Shown here: positions 10,104-21,260 of the stretch, one piece after another
How the letters are laid out: each line of letters starts with the position of its first letter
Numbering within the stretch: the first letter of the stretch is position 1
Assembly (NCBI GenBank): GCA_963730605.1
Contig: CAVSSM010000007.1
Span: forward strand, 1 to 64,000
Length of the DNA: 64,000 nt
Source: an uncultured Chlamydiae bacterium
GTDB taxonomy: Bacteria; Chlamydiota; Chlamydiia; Chlamydiales; SM23-39
Reading direction: 5' to 3'
Notes under the pieces: generated by a model
The model's database searches: none
The model's input: the letters and a program-made list of their open reading frames with translations, nothing else
Told to the model about the DNA's origin: nothing
Program-made: the position numbers and the translations under genes

Positions 10104-10481
10104 ATGGTAAATTCGCTGCTCTATTGTTCGGCTTTCTATTGCGCTGCAAAAAGCCTTCAACACGCTAGTCATTTTATACCTATAAGAGTAGGCCATACGA
10201 TTAAGGCGCTGTCTAAAGTAGGCGTAACGGTAAATGGGCAGAATATCGGAAATAAAAGCGCTCAAGAGATCGAAGATCTTGTTGTAAAGGAAGCTCTCAA
10301 ACAAGGTTTCAACCCGAAAAAAGCTCCTCAGCAAATCACCACATATAAGTTCACTATCTCAAATTCACTACTTAAAAGAGACTTTCAAATCAATGTGACG
10401 ACATTAAAAAATATTGAAGCTCTTACAAAAGCTTTTTTTTACGGCTTTTGCGCTTACGGCTATATTCAAGCAGTTCGATAG
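10104..10481 (+). CDS. Hypothetical protein, 125 aa
   Basis: ATG-started ORF in an AT-rich region; no family recognised. Confidence 0.5.
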   Translation: MVNSLLYCSAFYCAAKSLQHASHFIPIRVGHTIKALSKVGVTVNGQNIGNKSAQEIEDLVVKEALKQGFNPKKAPQQITTYKFTISNSLLKRDFQINVTTLKNIEALTKAFFYGFCAYGYIQAVR

Positions 10482-10504
10482 AACTGTTCGATCGTGATCG
10501 CTGC

Positions 10505-11747
10505 CAGGGCGAGCGCATCAAAAAAACAGCATTTTTCTAGTCCGTACCTCCCTACTTTATTGACTGTTGAGTAAAAATTTTACGATCATAGACGCCTTTT
10601 TCAGGAGGCACTATGATTCAAGCAACCAACATTAGCATTTACATCGAGATGATTCCCGATCCACGAACCTGTCGGTTGGACCACGACTTCGTTGGTATTG
10701 TGACGATTGCGTTACTGGCCAAGATTTGTGGCGCTGAGGGATGGGAAGATATGGAGGAATTTGGGTTAAGCCGTATCGATTGGCTCCAATCCTTCCTCGA
10801 GTTACGAGCTGGTATCCCATCACCAGACACCTTTCGGCGGGTTATTTGCCACATTGATCCGACCGCATTTCTAGAGGCATTCTTGGAATGGATTAAAGCG
10901 GTACAGAACATCGTTCCTGAATTGATAAATATAGATGGGAAGACTCTCCGATCTGCGTCAAAACGAGGAGAACACTCCCTCCATATTGTCTCTGCCTGGT
11001 GTGATAAAAACCATATGGTTTTGGGACACCTTCGCAATGATTCCAAGTCCAATGAGGTCAAGGCGATCCCCGAGTTGCTCAAGCAACTGGTGTTGCCGGA
11101 AGGTAGCATCGTCACGATAGACGCAGCAGGCACACAGAAAAATATCGCCAGTCAGATACGCGATATGGGAGCGGATTATGTATTAGCCCTGAAGGCAAAT
11201 CAACCCACCCTTCAGGATGAAGTGGCGAATTATTTCGACCAGGCAGCAGAGGCCGGAGATGAATATGCACTGTTGAACATTTTTCAAACGGAGGAGAGAG
11301 GTCATGGACGAATGGAGTTCAGAAAGATTTATGCGACGGATGATTTGGACTGGTTGCCTCAGAAGAACGAGTGGGTGGGCCTACGGTCTATCATCAAATT
11401 AGACTCGGTGAGATGGGCAGAGGGCAAAAGACAACAGGAAATCAAGTATTACATCAGCAGTTTACCACCCGAAGCGGAAACCCTCTCTCGTGTGATTAGA
11501 GGGCATTGGAGCATTGAGAGCAGATGTCATTGGGTATTGGATGTGGTATTCGCCGAAGATCGCAATCCGATAGTAGAAGGGCACGCTCCAGAAAATCTGA
11601 GGGCTGTGAACTTGTTAGCGGCAAAAATGTTGAAAGAGGAAAAATCGTGTAGAAAGGGCATTAGAGCCAAACGGTTTAAGGCGGCGCTTGATAATGACTA
11701 CCTACACAGGGTGTTGCTGGCCGCTAACTTTTGATGCGCTCGCCCTG
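10505..11747 (+). mobile_element. ISAs1-family insertion sequence
   Basis: Perfect TIR CAGGGCGAGCGCATCAAAA / TTTTGATGCGCTCGCCCTG; no target duplication seen; another end-like copy at 11909-11923. Confidence 0.92.
10613..11734 (+). CDS. ISAs1-family transposase
   Basis: IDGKTLR, KSNE, VTIDAAG, LALKANQ, RGHWSIE and HWVLDVVFAED motifs. Confidence 0.95.
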   Translation: MIQATNISIYIEMIPDPRTCRLDHDFVGIVTIALLAKICGAEGWEDMEEFGLSRIDWLQSFLELRAGIPSPDTFRRVICHIDPTAFLEAFLEWIKAVQNIVPELINIDGKTLRSASKRGEHSLHIVSAWCDKNHMVLGHLRNDSKSNEVKAIPELLKQLVLPEGSIVTIDAAGTQKNIASQIRDMGADYVLALKANQPTLQDEVANYFDQAAEAGDEYALLNIFQTEERGHGRMEFRKIYATDDLDWLPQKNEWVGLRSIIKLDSVRWAEGKRQQEIKYYISSLPPEAETLSRVIRGHWSIESRCHWVLDVVFAEDRNPIVEGHAPENLRAVNLLAAKMLKEEKSCRKGIRAKRFKAALDNDYLHRVLLAANF

Positions 11748-11984
11748 CCTCTAAGTTGCCAACAAATGATCGAAAAGTTGCTTTTAAAGAATTTACACCA
11801 AAAAAGAAAAAAACTAAAGAGAAGCCTATATGAAATGTAAACCTCTTGATTCCCAGAGTCAAAGGCCAAGCGCCTATCCTATTTCTGGAGGGTAAAGTTG
11901 ACAGCCGCGATGCTCTCGCCCTGGCCCCTAGGCTCCCCGACAACGCATCGTCGTTGGGGGACTGGGGTTAAGAAGCTCTTCGGC

Positions 11985-12147
11985 TATACGGTGCGCGATT
12001 AGATTTGGTGAATTTTGGCAGCAGATTTTGAGTCCCAGTAGCGTTGCGGAGACACGAAGGAAACTTAAAAAGTGTGCGAGTGTGAGCAATGCGCTGGGGC
12101 GCAAAAGATGCTCACCAAAATTCACCAAAGCTGACCGCGTGCCGTAT
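11985..12147. mobile_element. MITE-D (about 163 bp, imperfect TIR of about 33 bp)
   Basis: Left ATACGGTGCGCGATTAGATTTGGTGAATTTTGG versus right reverse complement ATACGGCACGCGGTCAGCTTTGGTGAATTTTGG; the same right end recurs at 57701-57721. Confidence 0.8.
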
Positions 12148-12165
12148 CTTATGTCTTAGTTTTGC

Positions 12166-13987
12166 TTAAGTTTTTGCGAATTTGCCGAACTTGGGCTCTG
12201 CGAGGAGGATGAGGTCTTTGGAGTTCATGACGATCGATTCGGTGGGCAGTCCGCAATTGAACGCAGCTTGGGGATGGAGAGAGACCTGTTCGTCGAAGTA
12301 GTTATCGAGATTCAAGAGATTCCCGAAAGGCGGAACCCCTCCGACAATCAGTCCAAACCGCTCTTGGATCACTGCAGGATCCTCGAACTCGCATTTTTCT
12401 CCGACGATTTCCGAGGCGGCCTTGATGTCGAGTTTAAGGTGGGAAGGGATGTTGAACTGATAGTTTCTCTTCGATTGCTTGCCGCGTAGGATGAGAGATT
12501 TGACCCCTTCTTCCATCAGCGTTCCGCGGACTCGGGCCGAATCTTGCGAGGTAGGGGTTGGCTCGTGGCTTGTGTGTTTGAATGAGATTCCCTTGTCGCG
12601 GCATCTCCGGATGATTTCGTTGCGGATGTTTTCGCCGCCAAAGAAGATGTGGGCCTTGATCCTGTTGCCGGCGATCCGTTTCGTATCCGAGGGGAAAAGG
12701 CTTGCTTCCCTGATATTTTTTAACTTGAGAAGCGTCATAGTCAGCCGCTCCAGCCCCATGCCAAAGCCCCCATGAGGAGGCATCCCGTATTTGAAAATGC
12801 TCAAATAGTCTTCAAAGTTCGAGGGGTTCATTTCTTTGGAGCGGATCCCCTCGAGCATCGATTCATAGGTATGGCGCCTCTGTCCGCCGGAGGTGATTTC
12901 CGTCCCATTGCAAAGAAGGTCAAAGGTATTGGTCAGTTCTGGGTCAGCTTCATTCGGAAAAGCGTAAAAGGGGCGTTTGGCGGTAATCCAGTCGGTCACG
13001 AACACCAGGTCGGTGCCAGCCGTTTCAGAGGCCCAGAGGCAAAGTTCCCGTTCAGCGGCAGGGCTGAGGTCTGGCTCCTGCCGTTCGTCGTTGCCAGTCC
13101 GCTCGAAATAGATCTCTTGGGCTCTAGCGAAGGTAAGACGCGGAAAAGGAATGCCCTCCGGAGCCTGGACGATCGATCCTTTCAGGGTTTCGATTTCCGC
13201 TTTCGCATGACGGTGGAGATATTGAAGGATGAATTTGATGCACCCTTCCTGGATGTCGAGGATCTCATGCCAGTGGTTGAAAAACCCCATCTCGAATTCA
13301 AATTGCTTTCCTTCCGAAAGATGTCGCGATGTATGCGAGGGCTCGGCGCGGAAAAAAGGCATCAGGGCAAATACCCGCTCGTTGACGCCGACCATGATCT
13401 GCTTATAGAGCTGGCTGCTTTGAGCAAGCGTTGCAGTGTAGCCGAAATAATCGACATTGAAAAATTCGGCGCCTCCTTCGGAAGAGGCGCCGATGATGTT
13501 CGGGGCGAAGTATTCGCTGGCCTGGACTGTGTCATGCATATACAGGCGATAGGCATGGGCGATTTCAGCTTGGATTTTGAAAACGGCTTGGAGCTCACGG
13601 TTTCTTAAGGCGATCGGCCGATGGTCGAGGATGAACTCGAGATCGTTATGGAGCTCCGGTCTATAGTACTCGATCGGCGGGATATCCCGGATCGGGAGTT
13701 TCTACCGTGATCTTTGGGTCGAGGATTTCAACTTTATAGGCGGACTGGGAGTCGGCCGCGCGGCCTATGACCGAAAGGATCGAGCCGGGCTGGAGGGTCG
13801 CTATTTTTGCAAGCTCCTCTTTATTTTCGATGACGATTTGAGAGAGGCCGCTCCGATCGCGCAAAAGGAGAAAGGAAATTTTGCCAAGGGAGCGGAGGTT
13901 GTTCAGCCATCCGCGGATGAGGACTTTTTGGCCGATGCAATTCAAAAGCTCGCGGGCTAATATTCGCTGATTTGCGGATAGGTTCAT
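12166..13987 (-). CDS. aspS: Archaeal/eukaryote-type (short) aspartyl-tRNA synthetase with a C-terminal YbaK/ProX-like domain; frameshifted near 13540-13700
   Basis: OB-fold N-terminus (IRGWLNNLRSLGKISFLLLRD), LAQSSQLYKQ, FFRAEPSHTSRHLSE and GMPPHGGFGMGLERL motifs; C-terminal KSLIL..GGVPPFG; spread over three ORFs. Confidence 0.85.
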
Positions 13988-13991
13988 GCTC

Positions 13992-16110
13992 TTACCGATG
14001 GGCGTGGTGTCCAGCTTCGAGAACGGCGCGGTGGCTCAATTTGATTTGTCCCCGGTCGTTCACATCAAGCACTTTCACGTCGATCTGATCCCCTTCGCGG
14101 AACGGGGCATCATGGATGTTCTGCAGCCGCTGCTGAGAGATTTCCGAAATATGGCAAAGCCCTTCCTTGCCGAAAATCTCAACAAAGTAGCCAAACGGCA
14201 TGATCGATGTGATCTTTCCGTTGTAGATTTTGCCGATTTCCACTTCTGCCGTAAGATTGTGGATGATTTGCTTGGCTCGCTCCATGGCCTCGGGCGCTAT
14301 TTGAGGCAATGCTGATCAAGCCGCTGTCATTGATGTCGATCTGAGCGCCAGTCTCTTCGATGATCGCGCGGATCTGTTTGCCGCCAGGGCCGATGACAGT
14401 GCCGATCTTGCTTGGCTTGATCTGGATCGTTTCGATGCGGGGAGCATAGGAGGACATTTCCTCTTTCGGTTTGGGGCAGATGGCGAGCATCTTGCTGAGG
14501 ATGTGGGTGCGCCCCTCTTTTGCTTGGGCCAGCGCGGCTTGCATGATGGCATGCGTGATCCCTTCCACTTTGATATCCATTTGGAAGGCGGTAATCCCTT
14601 GCTCGTCTCCAGTGATTTTAAAGTCCATGTCGCCGAGGGCATCTTCAGCTCCCAGGATATCGGAGAGGATCGCATGCCTCTCTTCTTCGAGGATCAGGCC
14701 CATCGCGATGCCGGAAACGGGGCGTCTTGATAGGCACGCCAGCATCCATCATGGCAAGGCAGCCGCCGCAGACGGAGGCCATCGAAGAGGAGCCGTTCGA
14801 TTCGGTGATATTCGACTCGAGGCGGATGACGTAAGGGAATGTCTTCCTGTTTGGGAAGGATGGAGGCGAGCGCCCGTTCGGCGAGCTTGCCGTGGCCGAT
14901 TTCTCGTCGTCCCGGGGCTCCCATGCGGCCGACTTCTCCGACAGAGAAGGGAGGGAAGAAATATTGGAGATAGAAACGGGAGAGGCCTTCGCCGTGGAGA
15001 TCTTCATAGCGTTGAGCGGTAGTTTCTCCGCCGAGCGTACAGACGGCAAGCGTTTGCGTTTCGCCGCGCGTAAAGAGGGAGCTGCCATGGGTGCGGGGAA
15101 GGATCGCTTGTTCGATATCGATGGGCCGGATCTCATTGAGTTTGCGCCCATCGATCCGCTGCTTTTCTTCCAGAATCATCTTCCGCATGAGAGAGGATTG
15201 GAGATCTTTGTAAGCGAGGAGGACGTCTGCGCGGGCCTGTTTCGATTCTTCTTCTTCCAGCAAGGAGGGTCTGCAAGACGCTCTCTTTGATCTCGGCGAG
15301 CGTTTTTTCCCTCTCTTGCTTGGAGGAAATCCGAAGAGCCGATTCGAGCAGGGTGGCTGCAGATGCATGGACGGCATTTTTCACTTCATGGGGGATCTTG
15401 TGGAGGGTATCGCGCTTTTTCGGTTTGCCGATTTTTTCTCGCCAATGCGGCGAGTTGTTGGCAAATGCCGGCAATGGCCGCTTGTCCTTTTTCGATCGCC
15501 TCGAGGACTTGGTCTTCAGTCAGGAAGTCGCAAAAACCTTCGATCATGAGGATCGCGTCTTCGGTTCCCGCCAAGATGAGATCGAGACTGCGAGCTTTTC
15601 ATTTCTTCGGCAGTGGGGTTGACGACGAATTCCTCGTCGATCAGGCCCACGCGGACAGCGCCGATCGGTTTAACGAGGGGGATATCAGAAATGACGAGCG
15701 CCGCAGAAGCAGCGCAGATGGCGAGGACGTCGGGCATATGGATTCCATCATAAGAAAAGACATAGGAGAGGAGTTGGACTTCGTTGTAATAGCCATCTTC
15801 GAACATCGGGCGGATGAGGACGGTCGATGAGGCGGCAGGCGAGGATTTCCCTTTCCGTCGGGCGTCCTTCCCGTTTGATGAATCCGCCGGCAGTGCGGCC
15901 GACGGAAGAATATTTTTCTTGATAATCGACTCTTAAAGGGAGAAAATCGATCCCTTCTCCGGCCGCGGGCGATGCGCAAGCAGAAGCGAAAACGACAGTC
16001 TCTCCGCAATGGACCATGACTGAGCCATTGGCTTGCCTGGCAATTTTTCCCGTTTCAAATTTTAAGGTTTGTTTTCCGACATGAACTGTGATCGTCTCTC
16101 TATGCAGCAT
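13992..16110 (-). CDS. pnp: Polynucleotide phosphorylase, broken into about 8 overlapping ORFs by frameshifts
   Basis: [57 protein letters not shown] and S1 segments appear in order in different frames. Confidence 0.9.
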
Positions 16111-16190
16111 TTTGCTTTTTTCTCCATTTATACTAACGTACCAGGGTAAAATATAAATGGTTAAAAGACAAATGGGAAAACCAAAAAGGG

Positions 16191-16296
16191 CAGGGCAACC
16201 TCATTAAAATTAGTAGGATGTAACTTTACTATATAGCCCGCTGGGGCGCGAAGCCCCAGCGGGCTAATTTGATTAAACTTTAATGAGGTTGTCCTG
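16191..16296. mobile_element. 106-bp ISAs1-like MITE or long stem between rpsO and pnp
   Basis: IR CAGGGCAACCTCATTAAA / TTTAATGAGGTTGTCCTG; central 14-bp hairpin; flanks CCAAAAAGGG and TTAAAAAGGG. Confidence 0.65.
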
Positions 16297-16298
16297 TT

Positions 16299-16323
16299 AA
16301 AAAGGGAGGAGAACCCTCCCTCT
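16299..16323 (-). terminator. Probable intrinsic terminator after rpsO
   Basis: GGGAG stem-loop followed by a T-run on the minus strand just after the rpsO stop. Confidence 0.6.
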
Positions 16324-16328
16324 AAATC

Positions 16329-16598
16329 TTATTTTCTGAGATTCAAACGGACAATCAGCGTTTGATACCGTTTGGTGTCCGTAGAATTGAGATAGTCGAG
16401 TAATTTTCTCCTCTGGCCAACGAGCTTTAAGAGGGCAAGCCTTGAGCTGTGGTCCTTTGGAGCCAGCTTGAGGTGTTCTGTCAGTTCAGCGATTCTTTCA
16501 GTTAAAATTGCGATTTGGACATCGGCGGAGCCGGTATCCTTCTCGTGCAACTGAAATTTTTTTGTGATTTCTTCCTTGGTACCTTTATCTAAAGACAT
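16329..16598 (-). CDS. rpsO: 30S ribosomal protein S15
   Basis: [16 protein letters not shown] and [13 protein letters not shown] motifs. Confidence 0.97.
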   Translation of the reverse strand: MSLDKGTKEEITKKFQLHEKDTGSADVQIAILTERIAELTEHLKLAPKDHSSRLALLKLVGQRRKLLDYLNSTDTKRYQTLIVRLNLRK

Positions 16599-16722
16599 CG
16601 AGGAGGTTCTCCGAGTTAAGTTTTAAGTCAATATACCCATTGTACCCGAATTTGATTAAATGATCAACCGGTTGCCTTTTAGAGGGGTCGCTGCTATGCT
16701 CAAGTTCCGATCAAACCCCTAG

Positions 16723-17382
16723 ATGGATATGAAAAATCAATTTGAAACTATACAGCCATGGATCCCCATGGTCCTGGCCGCGATCAAAAAAGACATTAAA
16801 ACAGACCACTTGCCGGGGAGCCCCCTATTTGTCAGGACCCATTTCGGCAACCGCCCCTTAAGCCGCTTGACTGCGGAAGAAATTTTTGCAGCCTACGAAA
16901 AAGATTTATTGTCAGGGGATGCCGATCTCGCAGAGTGGGTTGTAAACCGGTGGGTGTTCAAGCATGGGGACATCTATTCCCATTTCGCCGATCAGTTAAG
17001 CCAAGTGGCGGAAGATTACAGCGCGATCGTGAACTTGACTATTGAGCAAAGCGAAAAGATCCTAAGCGAATCCGTCGACCGCTTCGGCGCTGTGCACACC
17101 TATCTCTTTTCTGTGCTCAATGGCGTTGTCTTTCCTGAATCGGTCTTCCTGAGGCTGCGCACTTGGGCTGAAAATGAAGAAACGGCGAAAAAGGAAGAAG
17201 AGAAAGGGACGGAAGAGCGGCTCAGCCTCCAGCAACTGACAGAGCGCTACTCCAGGGAGGTCGCGCGGCTGCATGAAAAATATGAAAGCAAAATCTCGGG
17301 CGTGCTGAAAAAATATACGACGGAAGTGGAAGCGCTGAAAAAGCAGATTCGCGCGCTCCAAAAACAGCTAGCTGCGAAATGA
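16723..17382 (+). CDS. Hypothetical protein with C-terminal coiled coil
   Basis: 219-aa ORF with ATGA overlap to tadA. Confidence 0.75.
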   Translation: MDMKNQFETIQPWIPMVLAAIKKDIKTDHLPGSPLFVRTHFGNRPLSRLTAEEIFAAYEKDLLSGDADLAEWVVNRWVFKHGDIYSHFADQLSQVAEDYSAIVNLTIEQSEKILSESVDRFGAVHTYLFSVLNGVVFPESVFLRLRTWAENEETAKKEEEKGTEERLSLQQLTERYSREVARLHEKYESKISGVLKKYTTEVEALKKQIRALQKQLAAK

Positions 17383-17864
17383 AGGAAGATTCTTCCTTCA
17401 TGCGGGAGGCTTTGAAAGAGGCTATGAAAGCGTTCGATGCGGGCGAGGTTCCTGTTGGCGCTGTCCTTGTGCATGAAAATCGGGTCATTGCCCGGGGACA
17501 TAATCAAGTAGAGCTTCTTCAAGACGCCACGGCCCATGCTGAAATGATCTGCCTTACCGCTGGAGCCGCTGTCCTTGGAAACTGGCGCTTGGCCCGAGCC
17601 ACATTGTACTGCACCCTGGAACCGTGCTGCATGTGCGCGGGAGCAATGCTCTCGGCCCGTGTCGAGAGGCTTGTTTGGGCGGCGCCTGATCTCCGGTGCG
17701 GGGCGAACGGGAGCTGGGTTGACCTATTCGCTCAAAAACATCCCATGCACTCACTCGAAATCAAGAGCCATGTCCTTGAAGAGGAGTCAGCCCATTTAAT
17801 GGTCAGTTTTTTCCAAAAACGGAGAAAGGCGAATCGAAAAAAAGATTGTACTCTTGCTGGATGA
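17379..17864 (+). CDS. tadA: tRNA adenosine(34) deaminase
   Basis: GEVPVGAV, HAE and TLEPCCMC motifs. Confidence 0.92.
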   Translation: MKEDSSFMREALKEAMKAFDAGEVPVGAVLVHENRVIARGHNQVELLQDATAHAEMICLTAGAAVLGNWRLARATLYCTLEPCCMCAGAMLSARVERLVWAAPDLRCGANGSWVDLFAQKHPMHSLEIKSHVLEEESAHLMVSFFQKRRKANRKKDCTLAG

Positions 17865-18060
17865 GCTGATTGAGAATCAGAGACGGCATCTATTGAAGGT
17901 AGCGCATCACACCTTGCCGCATCTGACGGATGACGATTTACTTCAGCCGAATGACTTCCCAGAATTGGAGCTTCATCCCCATTTTCGCTACGAAGAGGGT
18001 CTTCTCCACGGCTTCCAAGCGGCAAAAGCCGCCATTTTGGCTGAGATCCGCTGCGACTGA
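17854..18060 (+). CDS. Small conserved hypothetical protein
   Basis: DDLLQPNDFPELE..P.FRYEEG motif recalled from chlamydial small proteins after tadA. Confidence 0.6.
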   Translation: MLDELIENQRRHLLKVAHHTLPHLTDDDLLQPNDFPELELHPHFRYEEGLLHGFQAAKAAILAEIRCD

Positions 18061-18062
18061 GT

Positions 18063-18902
18063 TTACTTCTTCTCGCAAGACTTTTTTTCGGAGATCCGCC
18101 GCATCCTCTTTTTTTCTTCTGGGGTAAGCGAATCTTCTCCATAGAGGGAGATCCTTGCCAGCATCGCATCCATGAATTGATCGTCCTTCAAGACGGGCTC
18201 TCCCGACTTGAAGTCATAGATCTTTGTGTGGCTCACTGGTTTTGTCCGCCAATGCGTCAGCCTCTCCAGGATGCGCAAAATTCCATTTTCCAACCCCGCA
18301 AGGAATGGGAAGGGGCTCAAGATTCGGCATGAGATGACTGTGAAGAGATATCCGAAAAGAGTGGCGCCGATATAGGCAGTCAGGGGGATCCAGTCGGAGC
18401 GCGAAAGGTCGATCAGGAGATTGACTCCGATGAGGCCCATGAGAAGATAGCGCGCTTTAATGGGAAGGGCGAAAAAAAGGAGCATCCGGGCTTCAGGGTT
18501 CAAGATGACCCAGGCAGTAAGAATGGCATAAAGGGCTGGGGAGCTGCCTATTAGAGGAGAAGAGAGCTGAAAGCTGATCATCGCACACCAAGCAAAGAGA
18601 CCGGCGGCTATGGCTGACCCGAAAAAGAGGGTGAAGAATAGCCGCGGGTGGAGACGCTCTATGAGGCTTGTCCCAAACGTCCAGATCAAAAAGAGGTTGA
18701 AGGCCAAGTGGATGATCGCGGCCGGGAAGGGGTGGACGAATACGTAACTTCCGAATTGCCATAGGTAGAGATGGCGGATGCCAGAGGCCGAAAGCGCGAG
18801 ATAGGGCGCCAGATAATAGGAAAAGGCGCTGACGCCAAAAATGGCAAGAAGAAGGATCTTTAAGGACCAAGGAGTAGCCGCTTGCGCGAAGCTTGTTTTC
18901 AT
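18063..18902 (-). CDS. Rhomboid-family membrane protein
   Basis: WQFGSYVFVH, HLAFN and GSS motifs, multiple TM segments; the usual AHxGG reads AYIGA. Confidence 0.75.
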   Translation of the reverse strand: MKTSFAQAATPWSLKILLLAIFGVSAFSYYLAPYLALSASGIRHLYLWQFGSYVFVHPFPAAIIHLAFNLFLIWTFGTSLIERLHPRLFFTLFFGSAIAAGLFAWCAMISFQLSSPLIGSSPALYAILTAWVILNPEARMLLFFALPIKARYLLMGLIGVNLLIDLSRSDWIPLTAYIGATLFGYLFTVISCRILSPFPFLAGLENGILRILERLTHWRTKPVSHTKIYDFKSGEPVLKDDQFMDAMLARISLYGEDSLTPEEKKRMRRISEKKSCEKK

Positions 18903-19006
18903 GACAAATAAATTTTTAGCATAACTTGCGATTTTCTGGAAAAATGTTGTTTTTATCCGATCTCTTCGCTATAGTCGACAGGGTTACAAAATAGCGAGCG
19001 AGCCTT

Positions 19007-19328
19007 ATGAAGAAAAAAACCCATCCTCCCTATCAGGAAGTTCTCTTTATCGATTCCTCAACGGGATCGACTTATGTCATTGGCACTACGCTGCAGCCCA
19101 AAGAAAAGGAAAAATTCGAGGGCAAGGAATACCCCGTTTGCCGGGTTCCGATCTCCTCCTCCTCATCCTTTCTTCACGAAGTCAACGCAATTTATCGACA
19201 CTGAAGGACGCGTCGACAAGTTCGCGAAGAAGTATCAGCGCAAAGTCGAAGAGGTGAAGAAAGAGCAGGATAAAAAGGAAGAGGCGAGAAAAACAAAAGT
19301 CAAAGAGACTAAGCAGAAGAAAAAGTGA
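19007..19328 (+). CDS. rpmE: 50S ribosomal protein L31 (type B), frameshifted at about 19165
   Basis: [20 protein letters not shown] in one frame and [16 protein letters not shown] in another. Confidence 0.9.
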
Positions 19329-20388
19329 TTGAGAAAGTAGAGAAGCTTCTCGGCAGGCTTAAAGAAGTTGAGGACCTGCTAGGCCTTCCCGAAACCCTTT
19401 CCGATCAGAAACAATATCGGTTGCTCACTCAAGAGCATGCTCAGCTTTCCGAACTAAAAGAAACGTGGGATCTTTTCCGTTCTGCGGAAAGGCAGCTCTC
19501 GGAAAATAAGGCTCTCCTCGAGTCGGAATCCGATCTTGAAATGCAGGAAATGTTGAGAGAAGAGATCTCTCGATTGCAGGCGGAACGCGAAGCGGCTCTC
19601 GTCTCCGTACAGAATCTTTTGGTCCCTGCCGATCCCCGCGACAGCCGCAATATCATCCTAGAGCTAAGGGCCGGAACCGGCGGCGACGAGGCGGCTCTTT
19701 TTGTCGCCGACTGCATTCGGATGTATCAAAACTATGCCGATCAAAAAGGGTGGAAAAGCGAAGTCCTCTCCACATCCCCTTCAGAGCTAGGCGGATATAA
19801 GGAATACATCATGTTCATCTCGGGGCACAATGTATTCCGTTTGATGCAATATGAAGCGGGCACGCACCGGGTTCAGCGGGTTCCTGAGACAGAAACCCAA
19901 GGCCGAGTCCATACTTCGGCGATCACCGTCGCCGTCCTTCCCGAGCCCGATGAACGGAAAAGATCCAAATCGACGAAAAGGATCTCCAGATCGACACCTA
20001 TCGCGCCTCAGGCGCCGGCGGCCAGCACGTCAATAGGACCGATTCCGCCGTCCGGATCACCCACATTCCGACTGGGACGGTCGTCGCTTGCCAGGAAGAG
20101 CGGAGCCAGCACAAAAATAAAGAAAAAGCCATGCGCCTCCTCTCCTCGCGCATCGCCGAAGAGCAAAGGCGGAAAGCCGCAGCCGAAATGTCAGCAACGC
20201 GAGCCACCCAAGTTGGAAGCGGGGACCGGTCGGAAAGAATCCGCACCTACAATTTTCCTCAAAACCGCGTGACCGACCATCGGATCAACGTGACGCTTTA
20301 TAAGTTGGACAGAGTTCTGGAAGGGGATCTCGATGACCTGACGATTCCGCTGGTCAACTACTTCTATGCAGAAAAACTGAAATCATGA
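19325..20388 (+). CDS. prfA: Peptide chain release factor 1, frameshifted at about 19954
   Basis: [14 protein letters not shown] and PET motif (RVPETE); GAGGQHVN and [14 protein letters not shown] lie in the shifted frame. Confidence 0.93.
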
Positions 20389-21224
20389 AGACGGTAGGGG
20401 AAATCTTACGTGCAACGTCTGCTTTTTTAGAGAAAAAAAAAGTAGACCGTCCCAAAAGGCTCGCCGAAGAGCTCCTTGCCTTTGCCCTCGGGATGAAACG
20501 GATCGAGCTCTATATGCAGTTTGAAAGGCTGCTCGTCGAGAGTGAACTCGCTCAGATGAGACTCTGGATCAAAAGGGTCGTCTCAGGGGAGCCTCTCGAA
20601 TACATCCTTGGCGAGGTCGAATTTTATGGATGCCGGATCAAAGTCGATCGAAGGGTTCTCATTCCACGGCCTGAGACGGAGATTTTGGTCGACAGCATCG
20701 TGAAAAAGATTGGGAGTCCTCCAAGATCGGTTTGGGATGTCTGCACCGGTTCGGGCTATATCGGCATCGCCCTTAAAAAGAAATTTCCGGAGATTGCCGT
20801 AACTTTATCCGACCTCTCCTCCGATGCATTGGCGTGTGCTGCCGAAAATGCCGCTTTGAATGGGGTGGATGTCGAAATTCTGCAAGGCGATCTTCTTGAG
20901 CCTTTCACGGGTCGGAAAACGGACATTGTAGTGGTCAACCCCCCTTATGTCTCGGAAAATGAATATTTTTCTTTAGACCCATCGGTCCGAGATTTTGAGC
21001 CGAAAATGGCGCTCGTCGGCGGGGAGAAAGGGACCGAATTTTACGAGAGGCTGGAGCGTGATCTACCCAGGTTTTTGAACGCTAGAGGCCGGGTCTTTTT
21101 GGAAATCGGCTCTACCCAAGGGGATGCGGTGCAAAGAATTTTTTCGACACCTATTTGGCGGGAATTGGAACGACTTGCCGATTGGTCTGGAAAAGAGCGC
21201 TTTATTTTCCTTGAAATACAATAA
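20385..21224 (+). CDS. prmC: Release factor glutamine methyltransferase
   Basis: [16 protein letters not shown] and NPPY motifs. Confidence 0.95.
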   Translation: MKTVGEILRATSAFLEKKKVDRPKRLAEELLAFALGMKRIELYMQFERLLVESELAQMRLWIKRVVSGEPLEYILGEVEFYGCRIKVDRRVLIPRPETEILVDSIVKKIGSPPRSVWDVCTGSGYIGIALKKKFPEIAVTLSDLSSDALACAAENAALNGVDVEILQGDLLEPFTGRKTDIVVVNPPYVSENEYFSLDPSVRDFEPKMALVGGEKGTEFYERLERDLPRFLNARGRVFLEIGSTQGDAVQRIFSTPIWRELERLADWSGKERFIFLEIQ

Positions 21225-21260
21225 CTTTTTGCAGTATACTCCCATGCTTTAAAGACTTTT

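Noticed and set aside
19940..19970. Programmed frameshift in the release factor gene
   Set aside because: The gene is RF1 (PET motif); the known programmed shift is the early CTT-TGA site of prfB, which is absent here; a single missing A explains it
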